From positions 1 through 64,000 of IMG/VR virus record IMGVR_UViG_2651869698_000005: a stretch of 64,000 nucleotides of DNA. The stretch is one strand, 5' to 3'. Both the position numbers and the translations under genes were made by a program. The notes under the pieces were generated by a model. That model did not search any database. It was not told the origin of the DNA and was given only the letters and a program-made list of their open reading frames with translations. Shown piece after piece: positions 46,731 through 56,582 of the stretch (positions are counted from its first letter, which is position 1; every line of letters starts with the position of its first letter). The stretch comes from a virus. Lineage: Duplodnaviria > Caudoviricetes.

Positions 46731-47323
46731 GCTGCGAGGGTTTCCTTTTCGGCGTTGATGACGGTGTTGGCGAACTCGCCGAGGGTGTTGACTCGACGGC
46801 GGACGTAGCTGTTCGCTTCCTCCTCGTCGTCGGCATTCCACGGCTGATTGAGCAGGTAGGGCTCACACCCGGTGGCGTACAGGGCGTCGTAGTTCTCGAG
46901 CTTGTCGTCGATCATGTAATCGGTGGCGACGATCGTCTTATCGCCGGAGAACGTGAGGGTGTCGTACGGGACGGTGTTGGCGAGCAACCAGTTTGCGGTG
47001 GCTGAGTGGCTGATGGCGGGGTGCGCGCCGAACTGACGGTCGGTGATGATGTGGAGGGTGTGGCCGGCAGCCTGCAGGCGACCGAGAGCGACCCGATCGG
47101 AGTTCTGCAGGACTGCCCCACTCCACAGCCGGTTCTCGTTGGCTGCGCGGTCACACATGGCTTTGAAGCCGGCAGCGGACAGGCCCCACTTCTCGTAGAA
47201 GTGCCACTCGGTCTGCTCGCCGCAGAGGTCTTTCGGCCAGTGCATGTGCTTGACCATGAAGGTGCGGAAGACATCCCCGAACGGGTACAGGACGCCGTCG
47301 AGGTCGATGCCTATGCGTGCCAT
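46727..47323 (-). CDS. HAD-family 5'(3')-deoxyribonucleotidase
   Basis: IGIDLDGVL, IITDR, MIDDKLEN, QPWN. Confidence 0.8.
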   Translation of the reverse strand: MARIGIDLDGVLYPFGDVFRTFMVKHMHWPKDLCGEQTEWHFYEKWGLSAAGFKAMCDRAANENRLWSGAVLQNSDRVALGRLQAAGHTLHIITDRQFGAHPAISHSATANWLLANTVPYDTLTFSGDKTIVATDYMIDDKLENYDALYATGCEPYLLNQPWNADDEEEANSYVRRRVNTLGEFANTVINAEKETLAA

Positions 47324-48413
47324 GTCATGCCCTCTTCTGCTTGGTGGGGTTGATCGCCCAGAACGGCGGGGTGTGCTTCGGCTCGGGTGTCGCTGCGGCC
47401 GCGAGTGCGGTGGTCGCGCCATTGATGGTCGAGATCTGTGCGCGGAGAACCTCGCCGAGCTGACGAAAGCCCGCTGTGATCGCCTGTAACGGCTCCTGCC
47501 AGGACACGGGGAAGGCGTCGACGCTGCGAGGTAGCGGCGTTCCTGGCGGTGCGGTGTAGACGGGCACAGCGGGCTTCTTTCGTCAGTGCCGGCCGCGTCG
47601 AGTGAACTGGGGGCGGCCGGTGGGGATGTTCGAGTTCCACTGCACGTGCACGGGTTTTATCTGCAGGAACTCGGCGAGTGTCAGCTTCGCTTTGCGGAGC
47701 AGGTGCAGACGGTAGTGGTTGTGGTCTGGAACTGACTCGATCAGCCAACGCCGGTGTTCGGCGGTGGTGATGCGGTGGGCGACGGCGTTGAAGTGCTCGA
47801 AGTAGGTGCACGGCCGCCAGTAGAGGTGGTGCCGCGGCCGCCAGCTCGTGTCGTCGGTCCAGATGTGGAAGGACTCGACGGGCGGCTCATAGGTGGGCGG
47901 CCAGTCATCGAACGGGTAGTCGGGCACCTGCCAGCGCGGCTGCTTCTCCCAAAATGCTTTGACGAGCGCCTGTCGGATCGTCGGGCGGGTGGGTTCGGCC
48001 GGCAGGAACGGGTTCGTCCATGTCAGGTACTTCGAGAAGGTCGTCATCGCGGGTGCGGTGAATACCTCGGCGGGGCTGAACTTGACCTCGCCGACGGTGC
48101 CGATGACATGCCACTCACTGTCATCGGCACCGCGGATCGAGAGTGTTGCGGTCACGCCAGGCACCCGCGCTGGTAGTTCCACGCGCAGATGCAGGTGACG
48201 CAGAAGTCGCCCTGGACGCGGTGGCCGGCGAGCCGATGCCACCACCGGTACTTCCATCGGCCACGCTGAGTGGCGGTCACAGGTACTGCCTCATGTCGCC
48301 ACAGGACGAGCAGTGCCACGAGCAGAGTGACTGACCGGTCACGTCGGGCCCGTGGTCCCGAAACGACGACGCCCTGATGAAACGGCCACAAGTGCAGTGG
48401 ATGCGGTGATCGC

Positions 48414-49187
48414 TCATGCCCTGGCCGGTTCCTGAGCGGCCGAATCATCCCACGCCGCCCTCGCGGTAGGGCCGAAGACGTTCGGGGCGTGTACGGCGAG
48501 CTGAGCGCCGATCTCGCGCGCGAGACGCTGGATCTCGGCGTCGGCTGCCGGGTTGTCGCGCTTGATCAGGAACTCGACCCACGCCCGGTAGTTGCCGCTG
48601 ACGACGAGGCGGGTCTCGGTGTGGTTCGGGAGGGCATGGCGGGCGGCTTCGCGGATCTGCTTCTTGCCGAGGCCCTTCGCCGTCAGGGCTGCGACGTCGG
48701 TGTCGTAGGCGAGCAATGCGTCACGGAAGTCGTCGATGGCGGTTGCCGTGAGGGTCTCGTCGCCCTCGTAGGCGGGTGGCATGACCATCTTCGCGGTGGA
48801 CGAGTCGACGTACCGCTGCGAGAGCTGCGAATACGAGAAGTGACGGTGACGCACCAGCTCGTGGGTGAGGGACCGGCTGACGCCCTGCAGATAGAACGAA
48901 ACCGATGCGTGCTCGAGGACTGAGCCGTGCTTCTGCTTCAAGATGTTGAGCAGGTAGTCGGCGTTCGCCCGCGTCTTCGCGTTGCTCTTCTCGAACGACT
49001 GATAGCAGGCGCGGCCGGCGAACTCGGCGAGGGCCTGGCCGTCGTACGGGCCATCCTCCGATACCGCGTTCGACCAATCGGGCATGAAGATCGCCTCACG
49101 ATGGCCGTCGTCGTCGGCCGGCAACGTCGGCGGGATGAAGACCGTGTGCGCGATCAGCTGGACATCGAGTACTGCAACCTGCGTCAT
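48414..49187 (-). CDS. thyX: Flavin-dependent thymidylate synthase
   Basis: HGSVLEH, SRSLTHELVRHRHFSYSQLSQRY, EAARHALP. Confidence 0.95.
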   Translation of the reverse strand: MTQVAVLDVQLIAHTVFIPPTLPADDDGHREAIFMPDWSNAVSEDGPYDGQALAEFAGRACYQSFEKSNAKTRANADYLLNILKQKHGSVLEHASVSFYLQGVSRSLTHELVRHRHFSYSQLSQRYVDSSTAKMVMPPAYEGDETLTATAIDDFRDALLAYDTDVAALTAKGLGKKQIREAARHALPNHTETRLVVSGNYRAWVEFLIKRDNPAADAEIQRLAREIGAQLAVHAPNVFGPTARAAWDDSAAQEPARA

Positions 49188-49672
49188 GCCTGCTGTTCCT
49201 TTTCGATTGCGGCGGTGCCCCGCCAGATGTACTGGACTCCACCGGTTTCCGACCTGCGCTGACCGACCCTCGCGATCCGACCGGCACGAGACGCTTCCAC
49301 GATCAGCATCTTGACGGTGTTCTCGTCGAAGCCATCGGGGAGCGTTGTGCTGATGAACGACTCACCGGAGTCGATGAGCCGTTCGAGGATTGCCCGCAGC
49401 CGCGGGGTGTCGGGCGTTTCCTCCGCAGAGCTGATGCCGGCGCGGGAGAGGGTGACCCTGAGTGTGTCCTCGGAGACGTTGAGGTGCTTGCAGATTCGAT
49501 TCACCGACCATCCGACCTGGCGGTAGAACTGGTAGTTGTCGATCAGGTCTTCGGTTGCGGCGTAGTCGATGGCGAGGAATCGCTTGCCGTGCCGCCTGCC
49601 CGTGCGGGTGGAGGATTTGAGCGACACCTGATCCCAGGACAGGTCGTCTTCGACCTCGAATGTGGTGGACAT
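49184..49672 (-). CDS. HTH DNA-binding protein
   Basis: GWSVNRICKHLNVSEDTLRVTLSRAG. Confidence 0.55.
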   Translation of the reverse strand: MSTTFEVEDDLSWDQVSLKSSTRTGRRHGKRFLAIDYAATEDLIDNYQFYRQVGWSVNRICKHLNVSEDTLRVTLSRAGISSAEETPDTPRLRAILERLIDSGESFISTTLPDGFDENTVKMLIVEASRAGRIARVGQRRSETGGVQYIWRGTAAIEKEQQA

Positions 49673-50367
49673 CAGATCGCCACGACCCATCCGGCTTCGG
49701 TGAGTGCGCCGACGACGTCGGGGCCCTGCCATCCCTCGGGCTTGAGCACCTTTGACTTCTTCGGCTCGCCTGCCCACTGGGTGGGGCCATGTTTGCCGTT
49801 GACCTTGTCGTCGTTGGCGCGGGTGACTTCGGCCTGGGTGAGGCGAGTTCCCTTGCTGCCGGCCGTTTCGAGTGCGCCGCCCTGCGAGATGACGATGATG
49901 TCGTTGTAGGCGTCGGTGACGTCGGGGACGTCGAAGAATCCCTCGGAGATGAACTGCTGGATGCGGCCCTCGAGGCTTTCGCGGGGGAGATCCTGGACGG
50001 CGAGGGTGGCGTCGAGGAGGCCGGAGAAGCCGATGCCCTGCGCGAGTTCGCCGACTTCCTCGAGGAGCATGGCGAGACGGTTCGCTATCGACTTCGCCGA
50101 GGGGATGCCGGGGACGTCGGCGATGGGCTGGCCGGCGGCGAGCATGAACCGTTCGGTCCCCTCGAGCAGGTTCGGCTGAGCTTCGGGGACTGAACGGATG
50201 CCATAGCGGGCGATGAAGCTGTCGGCGTCGCACACGACCGTGCGGCCGTAGGGGTTCGAGTACGTGAAGTCCCCGCTGCCATCTTTCGTCCAGATGTCGC
50301 CGTCTGCATCGACTACGGAGCCGCCTGCGGGGACCACTTCGAGGAGTGTGGTGATTGCGTTGCTCAT
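49672..50367 (-). CDS. MazG-like / HAD-PPase nucleotide pyrophosphohydrolase
   Basis: MLLEEVGEL...DAYNDIIVI...EVTRANDDK...KVLKPEGWQGPD. Confidence 0.75.
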   Translation of the reverse strand: MSNAITTLLEVVPAGGSVVDADGDIWTKDGSGDFTYSNPYGRTVVCDADSFIARYGIRSVPEAQPNLLEGTERFMLAAGQPIADVPGIPSAKSIANRLAMLLEEVGELAQGIGFSGLLDATLAVQDLPRESLEGRIQQFISEGFFDVPDVTDAYNDIIVISQGGALETAGSKGTRLTQAEVTRANDDKVNGKHGPTQWAGEPKKSKVLKPEGWQGPDVVGALTEAGWVVAI

Positions 50368-50672
50368 GCTGCGATGCCTGCCTTCTTGAGTTTCATTGCC
50401 TGACGGCCCTGTTCGGGAGTGACGCCATGCTTCGCGCCGATGTCTGTGATGAATCGCAGCGCCATCGCTGCCACCTGGATCGCTTCGCCGACAGCGGTCG
50501 CGTGCGAGTCGGCCTTGACCTCGTCCCACAGCTCGTCGACTTCCTCGCGGAGCACCGCCCAGCCTTCGTGCGCGGAGTTGAACGGCTCGAACTTCGAGAC
50601 GGCCCGGTTGTGTTCGTCGTAGACGGCGTTCATCGCCAGGTCGGCGAGTACTACGCGGCTCGATGTGGTCAT
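50364..50672 (-). CDS. Small MazG-like protein
   Basis: HEGWAVLREEVDELWDEVK...EAIQVAAMALRF. Confidence 0.7.
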   Translation of the reverse strand: MTTSSRVVLADLAMNAVYDEHNRAVSKFEPFNSAHEGWAVLREEVDELWDEVKADSHATAVGEAIQVAAMALRFITDIGAKHGVTPEQGRQAMKLKKAGIAA

Positions 50673-51268
50673 GCTGCGTTCACCCCTACCTTCTCCTGGA
50701 TCATCGCGTTGACGACATCGAGGTGCACGGGCTTGAGATCCCATGCGTCCAAGCCGATATGGAGGCTGCGGGGACCGGTCCAGATGTCGGTGGTGTGCAG
50801 GTGGCCATGGAGCAGGAAGTCGCCGTTGTCGGCGATCCGAACCTCGCTGTACCGCTCCTCGGGGCCGCGATCTCCATCGCCGCGGTACGGGAAGTGCGAC
50901 AGCCATGCCTTGCCGACGCCGGGCACTCTGCGGCGGCCGAGAGTGTTGATCGACCGGAAGACCTCGAGGAACTTCTCTGACCGGATGTGCGACCCGACGT
51001 TGTACGGATGGCAGGTGTCGTGGTTGCCGGCGATCAGGTGCAGGTCGAAGAACGGCGTCAGATCGTTGAGCTTGTCGAGCGCGCGGGTCTCGGATGCGTT
51101 TGTGCCGGAGCTGATGTCGCCGAGGATCCACAGCTGATCGTTCTTGACGAGGGTGTTGACGATGTTCGAGAGGATGGCTCGATCGTGGTCGGCGACGGAG
51201 TCGAAGCCGCGGAGTTCGGCGACTTTCGCGTGGCCGAGGTGCAGATCGGACGTGAAATAGACGGTCAT
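50669..51268 (-). CDS. Calcineurin-like metallophosphoesterase
   Basis: TSDLHLGH, LGD, GNHD, SHFP, LHGHLH. Confidence 0.9.
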   Translation of the reverse strand: MTVYFTSDLHLGHAKVAELRGFDSVADHDRAILSNIVNTLVKNDQLWILGDISSGTNASETRALDKLNDLTPFFDLHLIAGNHDTCHPYNVGSHIRSEKFLEVFRSINTLGRRRVPGVGKAWLSHFPYRGDGDRGPEERYSEVRIADNGDFLLHGHLHTTDIWTGPRSLHIGLDAWDLKPVHLDVVNAMIQEKVGVNAA

Positions 51269-51603
51269 GCTGCAACTTTCGGGGTTGTCTCGGTGGCAGC
51301 CGAGTAGTGGTTCTGGAAGGTTTCGTGGTCGCAGACGTACAGGCGACCGGATGGGCCTCGAACGAGCCAGTAGCCGTGTGGGACTCGGGTTCTGCGGCCG
51401 TCGAGGGGCACTTGCCAGTGGGCTGAGATTACCGCGTAGCCGAGGAGGAGGTCACGGCGATTGGGTTCGAGGCTGACGCCGTCGTCGTACCAGCCGCTGC
51501 CGCGGTCGAGGCCGAGGTCGCGGTTGATCTCGTAAGCGAACTGCCGGCCGAGCCGCACCGCGCGAACGGTGCGACTCGGGTCCAGGCTGAGGGTGTAGAT
51601 CAC
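51265..51603 (-). CDS. Small hypothetical protein
   Basis: C-terminal GYWLVRGPSGRLYVCDHETFQNHY motif; translationally coupled to the Nampt-like gene. Confidence 0.6.
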   Translation of the reverse strand: MIYTLSLDPSRTVRAVRLGRQFAYEINRDLGLDRGSGWYDDGVSLEPNRRDLLLGYAVISAHWQVPLDGRRTRVPHGYWLVRGPSGRLYVCDHETFQNHYSAATETTPKVAA

Positions 51604-53081
51604 AGCTGACGGGCGAGGGTGGTGCGTATGTCGTGGAATGCCTGCGGGGCCAGGTTCTTTCCGTCCTGCCAGACCGGCTGCAGGATCGAACGTTCCATCG
51701 CCAGGGGGTTGGCGCGTTCGATCAGCTCGACGCCCATCGCGGGGTCGGTCTCGATGACTGCGAGGCGGCCGGTGGCGGACTTCTTGAGCCCTGAGTCGGT
51801 GACGGGATCCTTCTGCAGGTTGTGGCCCTCGCCGTCGACCTCGACGTACGTCGCTTTGACGGCCGAGCCGAACGTGTCGCGGGTGGTTCCCTGGTAGCTG
51901 TAGGAGCCGACGCCGAAGACGACGATGGTCGAGACGTAACCCATCTCCTCGAGGCGAGCGGTGATGGCTGCGGCGCGCTCGGGAAGGATCGAGTCGCCGT
52001 AGATCGCTCCGACCTTCTCGTTGAGCTCGAGGTATCCGGCATGGTTGACGGTAGACCCGAAGTGCTTGTCCAGCAGGCCGACTACGCCGTGCCACTGCGG
52101 GGTGCCGTACTCGGCGTCACGGTCGCCGCACAGGATGGTTTCGGGGTCGCCGGAGTCGGGGCGGATGACGAGCTTGCCGTCACGGGCGAGGATGCGATCC
52201 TTGAGCTGCGGGAGGATGTTGTCGAGCACGTTCCACAGATCCCACGTATCAGAGACCACCGACACGATGCCCGACGGATACAGGTCGAGCAGCCGGTTGA
52301 ACGTTGCGAGCTCGCCGTCCTGCAGGCCTGCGCACATGACGGAGTGCTCGGTGGCCGGCACGCCTGCGCCGACGAGGCCGTTGTCGCCGGGGTAGTAGCG
52401 GCGGATCCATTCGAGGGCGGGCAGGCTATCGGTGCCGAGGAACGAGGTCAGGTGCGCGGCACCGGACTTGGCGGCCGAGGCGGTGGAGGTCTGGCCGCGG
52501 TAGGAGAAGTCGTGCGCCTGGAAGTCGACGTCCTTGATAGCTCCGCCGGTGTTGATGGCTGCGGCGTTGAGGATCCGGCGGTACTGCAGGGCGATCGTCG
52601 CCGAGGTGGCGGTATGCCAGTACTCGGCGGAGATGACGGTCTCGACGTAGTTCACGAGCCAGAAGAACTCGGGGATGGTGTTCTCGATCGTGAACGAGGG
52701 GACGCGCAGCGGGAGCAGGGTGCCTTCGGGTGCGGACTTGACGAGCAGCGGCAGGTAGCCGAGCTGGTGGAGGGCGCGGACGTGGTCGATGCCGATGGCT
52801 TCGGCGGCGTCGGGGCCGAGGTAGGCGGCGACGAAGTCGAAGTACAGGGCGGCGACTTCGTTTTCGTCGGCTGCGAAGAACGGCTCGAATGCCTCGACGA
52901 GGTAGGTCTGCAGGGCGGCCTGCAATCCGAAGTGGACGACGTGGTCGATGCCAGGGATCCTCGAGGAGCGGTTGGTGTAGTTGCTGTAGACGAGGGTGGT
53001 GCCGGCGGGGTACTGGCGGCGGTGGTCGAGCTTGTAGCCGTCGGTGTTGAGCAGGGCGGCGATCGGGGATGCTGTGGTCAC
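51600..53081 (-). CDS. Nicotinamide phosphoribosyltransferase-like protein (Nampt / Namat)
   Basis: LNTDGYKLDH..QYP, HDFSYRG, PATEHSVM, SVVSDTWD, IRPDSGDP, IYGDSI, KDPVTD. Confidence 0.9.
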   Translation of the reverse strand: MTTASPIAALLNTDGYKLDHRRQYPAGTTLVYSNYTNRSSRIPGIDHVVHFGLQAALQTYLVEAFEPFFAADENEVAALYFDFVAAYLGPDAAEAIGIDHVRALHQLGYLPLLVKSAPEGTLLPLRVPSFTIENTIPEFFWLVNYVETVISAEYWHTATSATIALQYRRILNAAAINTGGAIKDVDFQAHDFSYRGQTSTASAAKSGAAHLTSFLGTDSLPALEWIRRYYPGDNGLVGAGVPATEHSVMCAGLQDGELATFNRLLDLYPSGIVSVVSDTWDLWNVLDNILPQLKDRILARDGKLVIRPDSGDPETILCGDRDAEYGTPQWHGVVGLLDKHFGSTVNHAGYLELNEKVGAIYGDSILPERAAAITARLEEMGYVSTIVVFGVGSYSYQGTTRDTFGSAVKATYVEVDGEGHNLQKDPVTDSGLKKSATGRLAVIETDPAMGVELIERANPLAMERSILQPVWQDGKNLAPQAFHDIRTTLARQL

Positions 53082-53941
53082 TGGCTGACTGCTTTCAGGA
53101 GGTAGGGCAGGGCGGGGATGACGGTGAGGTACGGCCGGGGCCAGGGTGCGAGGTGTTCGCCGTGGTAGGAGTCGGTGGTGAAGATCTCGCCGTAGTGCGC
53201 GTTCAGGGCGCGGAACTTCTCCCAGCTGCCGGAGAAGATGCCGTGACTGACGAACAGGCCGAGCTGCTCGGGGTGGAGGTCGATCGCCTTGGCGAGGCCG
53301 ACGAATGTCCCTCCGCCGTCGCAGATGTCGTCGACGACGAGGTAGTTTCCCTCGGGATCGAGCTTCGGGCAGACGAACTCGGACAGCGCACCGGTGGCGG
53401 GGTCACGTCTCTTACCGGCCTGGATGAACGGCAGTTTGAGTGCGTGGGCGACGTGGGCTGCGCGGCGACGTGCTCCCTTGTCGGGGGCGATGATTCCGGT
53501 GTACTGCAGCTCGGCGTAGTTGGTGGCGGCGTCGACGGCGATCTCGGTGGAGGGGATCTCGACGACGTTGTTGGTGCAGAACGGGCCGACGTCGGAGTGC
53601 GGGTCGAGGCAGATGACCTCGTCGGCGTTGATGAGGTTGATCAGGTCGGCGTAGATCTCGGCACCCCACGGGAATCCGCGGTCCTGGCGGGCACCGGGCA
53701 GGTACGGGACGATGGCGGTGACCGGATGCTCTCGGCCGCGCTGCACTGAGGCCCACATCGCAGCTGCCATGTAATCGTTGGCGTTGGTACCTCGGATGAC
53801 GACGACGCGACGATGGCCGGCAGGAGCGCTGTCAGCGCCTTCTTTGACGTGCTCCTCGCCGGCGGGGAACTGCATCCGCTGATCGTCGGACTGGGTGACG
53901 GTTCCGTCGTCAGGGTTGAGGGTGTAGAACTCGACGCTCAC
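53078..53941 (-). CDS. Ribose-phosphate pyrophosphokinase-like protein (PRPP synthetase / Adps)
   Basis: FPAGE, PYLPGARQDR, DPHS, APDKGA, VVDDICDGGGTF, VSHGIFS. Confidence 0.9.
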   Translation of the reverse strand: MSVEFYTLNPDDGTVTQSDDQRMQFPAGEEHVKEGADSAPAGHRRVVVIRGTNANDYMAAAMWASVQRGREHPVTAIVPYLPGARQDRGFPWGAEIYADLINLINADEVICLDPHSDVGPFCTNNVVEIPSTEIAVDAATNYAELQYTGIIAPDKGARRRAAHVAHALKLPFIQAGKRRDPATGALSEFVCPKLDPEGNYLVVDDICDGGGTFVGLAKAIDLHPEQLGLFVSHGIFSGSWEKFRALNAHYGEIFTTDSYHGEHLAPWPRPYLTVIPALPYLLKAVSQ

Positions 53942-54077
53942 GCTGCCACCCGCTCGATCGACTCGGCGGCGGGGGCCTGCTCGGCTTCGATGCGCCGGGT
54001 GACGCGGGCGAGCTGCTCGGCCGGCGACGGGATCGGGTTACGGTCGAGGTAGTCAGGGCGATCGCCCATGCGCAGTC

Positions 54078-54404
54078 TCATACTTCGGTCTCCTCGAACG
54101 TGGACTTGAGCTCACCGGTGGCGACGATGTAGGTGTGCCGGGAGTGCTTAGCCTTCGGCTTGCGTTTGCCGTTCTGCCGGCCGTTGCCGGAGGTCAGGCG
54201 TACACGCAGGTTTCCCTCGGCGTCCTTGTTCACGTTGCCGCGCAGGGACTTCGGGCGGTCGGGGATCTTCGCGTCGAGGGCGCGGATGAACTCGTGGAGC
54301 ACCATGCGATCGGCCTCGTCGGCGATCTTGAGGCGCAGTTCGCCATCGGCGGCGAGGGTGACTTTCGAGGGCGTGTCGCCGTAGGCGGGGCGTGAGGTGA
54401 TCAT
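54078..54404 (-). CDS. Hypothetical basic protein
   Basis: 108 aa ORF translationally coupled to the RNA ligase. Confidence 0.55.
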   Translation of the reverse strand: MITSRPAYGDTPSKVTLAADGELRLKIADEADRMVLHEFIRALDAKIPDRPKSLRGNVNKDAEGNLRVRLTSGNGRQNGKRKPKAKHSRHTYIVATGELKSTFEETEV

Positions 54405-55660
54405 GCCGCCACCAGCGCTTCTGCGGTCTCAGTGTCGATGATGTCGGCGTCGAGCTGCTTGGTCTCGAACTGGAAGAACAGCGGCGACTTCGCCTTGAAG
54501 ATCTGCGGGGTCAGGCCCTCGACGCGGACGCATACGCCTTCGTCGACGATGGGGTTCTTCTTGGTGCCCTCCTCGAGGGGAACGGCCAGGAACGGCAGGG
54601 TCTCGCTGAGCCGCTTGTCCATGTAGGACTCGATCTCGATGAAGTCGTGCCGGCCGCGGTACAGGGCAGGGACTGTTTCGATGCCGACCTCGGCGCAGAA
54701 CTCGACCATCTGATCCCACGACAGGTCGGTGGCGCGTCCCTTCGTGGTGACCTGGACGACCCGGTAGACGTACAGGTCGGATGCGCCGATCGGCAGCCGG
54801 TAGGTGTACCCCTTCTGCACGGGCTTGCCGTCGGGGTGCCAGCCGATGATCTCGCCGTAGACGATGAATCCGGCGGGGATGCGGCCGCGGAGGCGCTCAC
54901 CCCACTGGGTCCAGATGTCGTCGTCGGTCAGCTGCTTCTGTCGGCCACGGGAGGCGGAGACGTAGTCGTACTCGGTGTCCTGGACCTTGACGCCGAGGCG
55001 CTTGGCGATGCGGTCGCGCAGGGTCAGGGGGCGGGGAACGATGGTGTGGGCGAGGCGAATCGAGGTTCCGTGGAGCTTCTGGGTGACGACGATGTTCTCG
55101 AACGGGGAGATCTGATCCTTGCAGCGGAAGTACTGCGGGGTGTCGAAGTGGCGGGGCAGGAACTTGGCGTCGGTGCGCTCGGCGGGCATCTGGCCGTTGC
55201 GGCCGGCGCTGGGGGCCTTGTAGTTCGACGGGTAGTACTTGCGGCAGATCGGGTGGCCGTTGATGGTGTCGAAGGTGTCGCCGACCTGCAGCTCGGTGGG
55301 GTCGATGCCGGTGTACAGCAGGCTCGACAGGGGCATCAGGAGGGCGTCGGAGCGGTTGCCGCGGAGCTTGATGGCTCGGACGCGGCGGTTGTCCTCGAGG
55401 TAGCCCGTTACGTTCTGGTCCGCGTTCAGTTCCGCATGGCGGTACATGTCGTTGGTGGAGGCGAAGTCGTGGTCGAGCTGGGCCTCGGCGGGGATGAACA
55501 GGGCGAGGTGTCCGGTCTGGAACACGTTCTTGCTGCTGATGATCTGGTAGCCGAACATCGGTATGGCAGCGAGGAAGTCGCTGTTCGGGAGGTCGAGGAT
55601 GGTGTTGATCTGGACTACGACGGCTGCGTAGTTCTCGTTTTCGGGTGCGGTGAGTTTCAT
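54401..55660 (-). CDS. ATP-dependent RNA ligase (Rnl2 / DRB0094-like)
   Basis: N-terminal OB-like domain; motif I TQKLHGTS; YGEI, DEGVCVR, FKAKS. Confidence 0.85.
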   Translation of the reverse strand: MKLTAPENENYAAVVVQINTILDLPNSDFLAAIPMFGYQIISSKNVFQTGHLALFIPAEAQLDHDFASTNDMYRHAELNADQNVTGYLEDNRRVRAIKLRGNRSDALLMPLSSLLYTGIDPTELQVGDTFDTINGHPICRKYYPSNYKAPSAGRNGQMPAERTDAKFLPRHFDTPQYFRCKDQISPFENIVVTQKLHGTSIRLAHTIVPRPLTLRDRIAKRLGVKVQDTEYDYVSASRGRQKQLTDDDIWTQWGERLRGRIPAGFIVYGEIIGWHPDGKPVQKGYTYRLPIGASDLYVYRVVQVTTKGRATDLSWDQMVEFCAEVGIETVPALYRGRHDFIEIESYMDKRLSETLPFLAVPLEEGTKKNPIVDEGVCVRVEGLTPQIFKAKSPLFFQFETKQLDADIIDTETAEALVAA

Positions 55661-55702
55661 GGTTTCCCTTGGTCGTTTGGCAGAACGTCCTACGGGTGAA
55701 CA

Positions 55703-55761
55703 TGTTACGCGAAACAGGGTGCGTAACAAACAGCGGGGGTCTGTTCTGTTACGCACCCTGT
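55703..55761. repeat. Inverted-repeat / hairpin element upstream of the RNA ligase
   Basis: ACAGGGTGCGTAACA (55714-55728) and TGTTACGCACCCTGT (55747-55761); a third TGTTACGC at 55703. Confidence 0.7.
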
Positions 55762-56582
55762 GGGTATTACGGTGTCCCGCCGGCCTGCATTCGGGCTACG
55801 AACTGCAGCCAGTTCTCGCCGGGGGCGGGGCCTTCCTCGGTTGCGGGGGTCTGCCGGTAGCCGTCGATGACGGGCGGCCGGGGGATCCATTCGCGGGCGC
55901 TCTGCCGGATGGCGCGCCTGCGCCGCCAGGCTGCGACGGGTCCGCGTCTCATACCGGCTGCTTCGCCTGGTCGCTGCGGTAGGCCGACGAGTCGAGCCAT
56001 ACGAGCGCGGCGATGACCACGAGGTTGATTGCGAGGTCGCCGACGTCGAGGACGACCAGGTTCAGGAGCGAGGACAGGCCGAGGATCACGTACGCGCCGA
56101 CACCGAGCCTGCGCCAGAAGCCGACCGGGTTCCGGTTGTACTCGTAGGCGTCGATGATCCGCTGACGGATCTTGCCGGTGAAGGTTTGATCGTCGTCGGG
56201 TTCCTGCGTCCAGTCCCAGTGGCCGCTCATAGGGCTGCTCCTTGCAGTCGCCGGGTGTGCAGCCGGGCCGCTTCGGCGTCGATGCGCGCCCGTAATGCGC
56301 CGTTGGTGGCGAGTTCCTCGCGGAGCTTGGCGGTGCTGGCGTGATGTGGTCCGCCGCGTTCGATTCGCGCGATGTCGGCACGCAGATAGGCCTCGGCCTC
56401 GTTGACCTGTGCGTACTGGATCTCGATGGCGCGTTCTTCGTCGGTGAGCGGCTTCGGCTCGAATGCGTCTGCGATGCGGGCGATCTGGTCGCCGACGTAG
56501 ATCAGGGCGTGCACGTTGGAGAGCAGGTCGGAGCCGGTGCGAGCGAGGTTGAGGGCGACCTGCCGGTGATGGGTCGTGTCGG

